A stretch of DNA of 64,000 nt from Dictyostelium discoideum (lineage: Eukaryota). Positions 63,401 to 64,000 of this stretch are shown piece after piece (the first letter of the stretch is position 1; every line of letters starts with the position of its first letter). A program made the translations under genes and the position numbers. Where the stretch lies: contig CM000154.2 in assembly GCA_000004695.1 (NCBI GenBank), forward strand, positions 1,952,001 through 2,016,000. The letters run 5' to 3'. The notes below the pieces were generated by a model. It did no database searches. It saw nothing but the letters and a program-made list of their open reading frames with translations, and was not told the origin of the DNA.

Positions 63401-63650
63401 TGATTTTTCAGTTTTAGTCGATTCTAATCCTTCATCTTCAAATGATGAAAATTCAATTTGCACATCTTCTTCAAAATTATCTAGTGCTCAATTAGCTGGC
63501 ATTATAATTGGTTCGGTTGCATTTGCTGCTATATTAGTATTTATTGCATCATATGCAATTATTCAAGGTAGAAAAGAAAGAAAATATTTAAATGATATGA
63601 ATAATAAATTATCATCAATGAATAAAAATGGAACTTCTGGGGGTGATTGA
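58767..63650 (+). CDS. Large type I membrane glycoprotein with signal peptide, IPT/TIG-like and EGF-like modules, a TM helix and a short cytoplasmic tail (tgr-family-like), 1393 aa. Exons: join(58767..59145, 59287..59541, 59656..59973, 60061..60384, 60532..60867, 60987..61379, 61474..63650).
   Basis: Signal peptide MNNNAKYSFIIFLIILILNFCNC. IPT-like: GGTLWIYGRGFAIDSIVEIKFKDNG. EGF-like: CLGNPECGGVNNGYCNNGIGCVCYTPWVGEDCTSK. TM: LAGIIIGSVAFAAILVFIASYAII, then QGRKERKYL. Many N-glycosylation sequons. All six introns are phase 1 with GTAAGT-type donors (exon 1 has the weaker GTATAG). Every ORF-track fragment in this span falls in frame. Total 4182 nt is 1394 codons. Confidence 0.7.
60396..60480. 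repeat. (ATT)n microsatellite inside intron 4 of the tgr-like gene.
   Basis: attattatt... run of ~28 units. The track ORF 60273 reads it as poly-Tyr, but it is spliced out. Confidence 0.85.
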
Positions 63651-64000
63651 AAAAAAAAAAAAAAAGAAATCTAAAAATAAAAAATTAAAAATAAAAAAAA
63701 TAAAAAATTAGAAAATAAAAAATTAAAAATAAAAAAAAATAATATTATGATAACAATAAAAATTAAACTTTTATTATAATTGCCCCCAAAAAAATTTTTT
63801 ATTTTATTTTTAATAAAAATTATTAACCCATTAAAAAATTTTTTTTAGCCTATACAAATTCAAAACCAATTAAAAAAAAAAAAAAAATATCTTTTTTTTA
63901 TTTTTTTTTTTATTTTTTTTTTTTCTTTTTGATTTAATCAAAAATATCTTTCTCATAGTCAAAATCAAAAGAAAAAAAAAAAATATAAAAAAAAATCATA

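Overview
The window is extremely AT-rich (~78% A+T) with long homopolymer A/T tracts, poly-N/poly-Q coding runs and short GTAAGT...AG introns, all typical of a Dictyostelium discoideum-type (social amoeba) nuclear chromosome arm. Gene density is high: about 24 protein-coding genes, most single-exon or with 1-6 short introns, plus one tRNA-Gln(UUG) with its downstream ex-B box.

Genes I could assign by motif or domain, in order along the window:
- a secreted Cys-rich repeat protein (partial)
- an α-crystallin/Hsp20 whose domain is split by a ~590-aa Q/N/S-rich insertion
- a GPAT/AGPAT-type acyltransferase
- a GNAT acetyltransferase
- a SHAQKYF-class Myb
- an N-myristoylated NCS-1/frequenin-like EF-hand protein
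- vps29
- two tandemly duplicated biotin-protein-ligase-like genes
- a large hypothetical protein
- a FNIP-repeat protein
- a C2-domain AGC kinase
- Fip1
- mitochondrial ribosomal protein bL21
- a Δ9 desaturase-cytochrome b5 carrying an N-terminal degenerate FAD2-like domain
- an IRE1-like kinase/KEN-RNase
- an N-rich protein whose start codon is not identifiable
- the SmgGDS homologue darlin (766 aa)
- a palmitoyl-protein thioesterase
- a JmjC-like plus C2H2 protein
- a p67phox-like TPR/PB1 protein
- a TBC RabGAP
- a large tgr-like IPT/EGF type I membrane protein (1393 aa)

Non-genic features include:
- a 667-bp element bounded by perfect 31-bp terminal inverted repeats (MITE-like)
- a 21-bp perfect hairpin
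- degenerate tandem repeats next to the tRNA
- several microsatellites and local tandem duplications

The supplied ORF track uses alternative start codons (TTG/GTG are rendered as M), so several listed ORF starts are not real ATGs. I corrected those gene models by hand from splice signals and reading-frame continuity. I also confirmed that the summed exon lengths of every complete multi-exon model are a multiple of three, and noted possible gene names only where the derived protein length also fits (766 aa for darlin).
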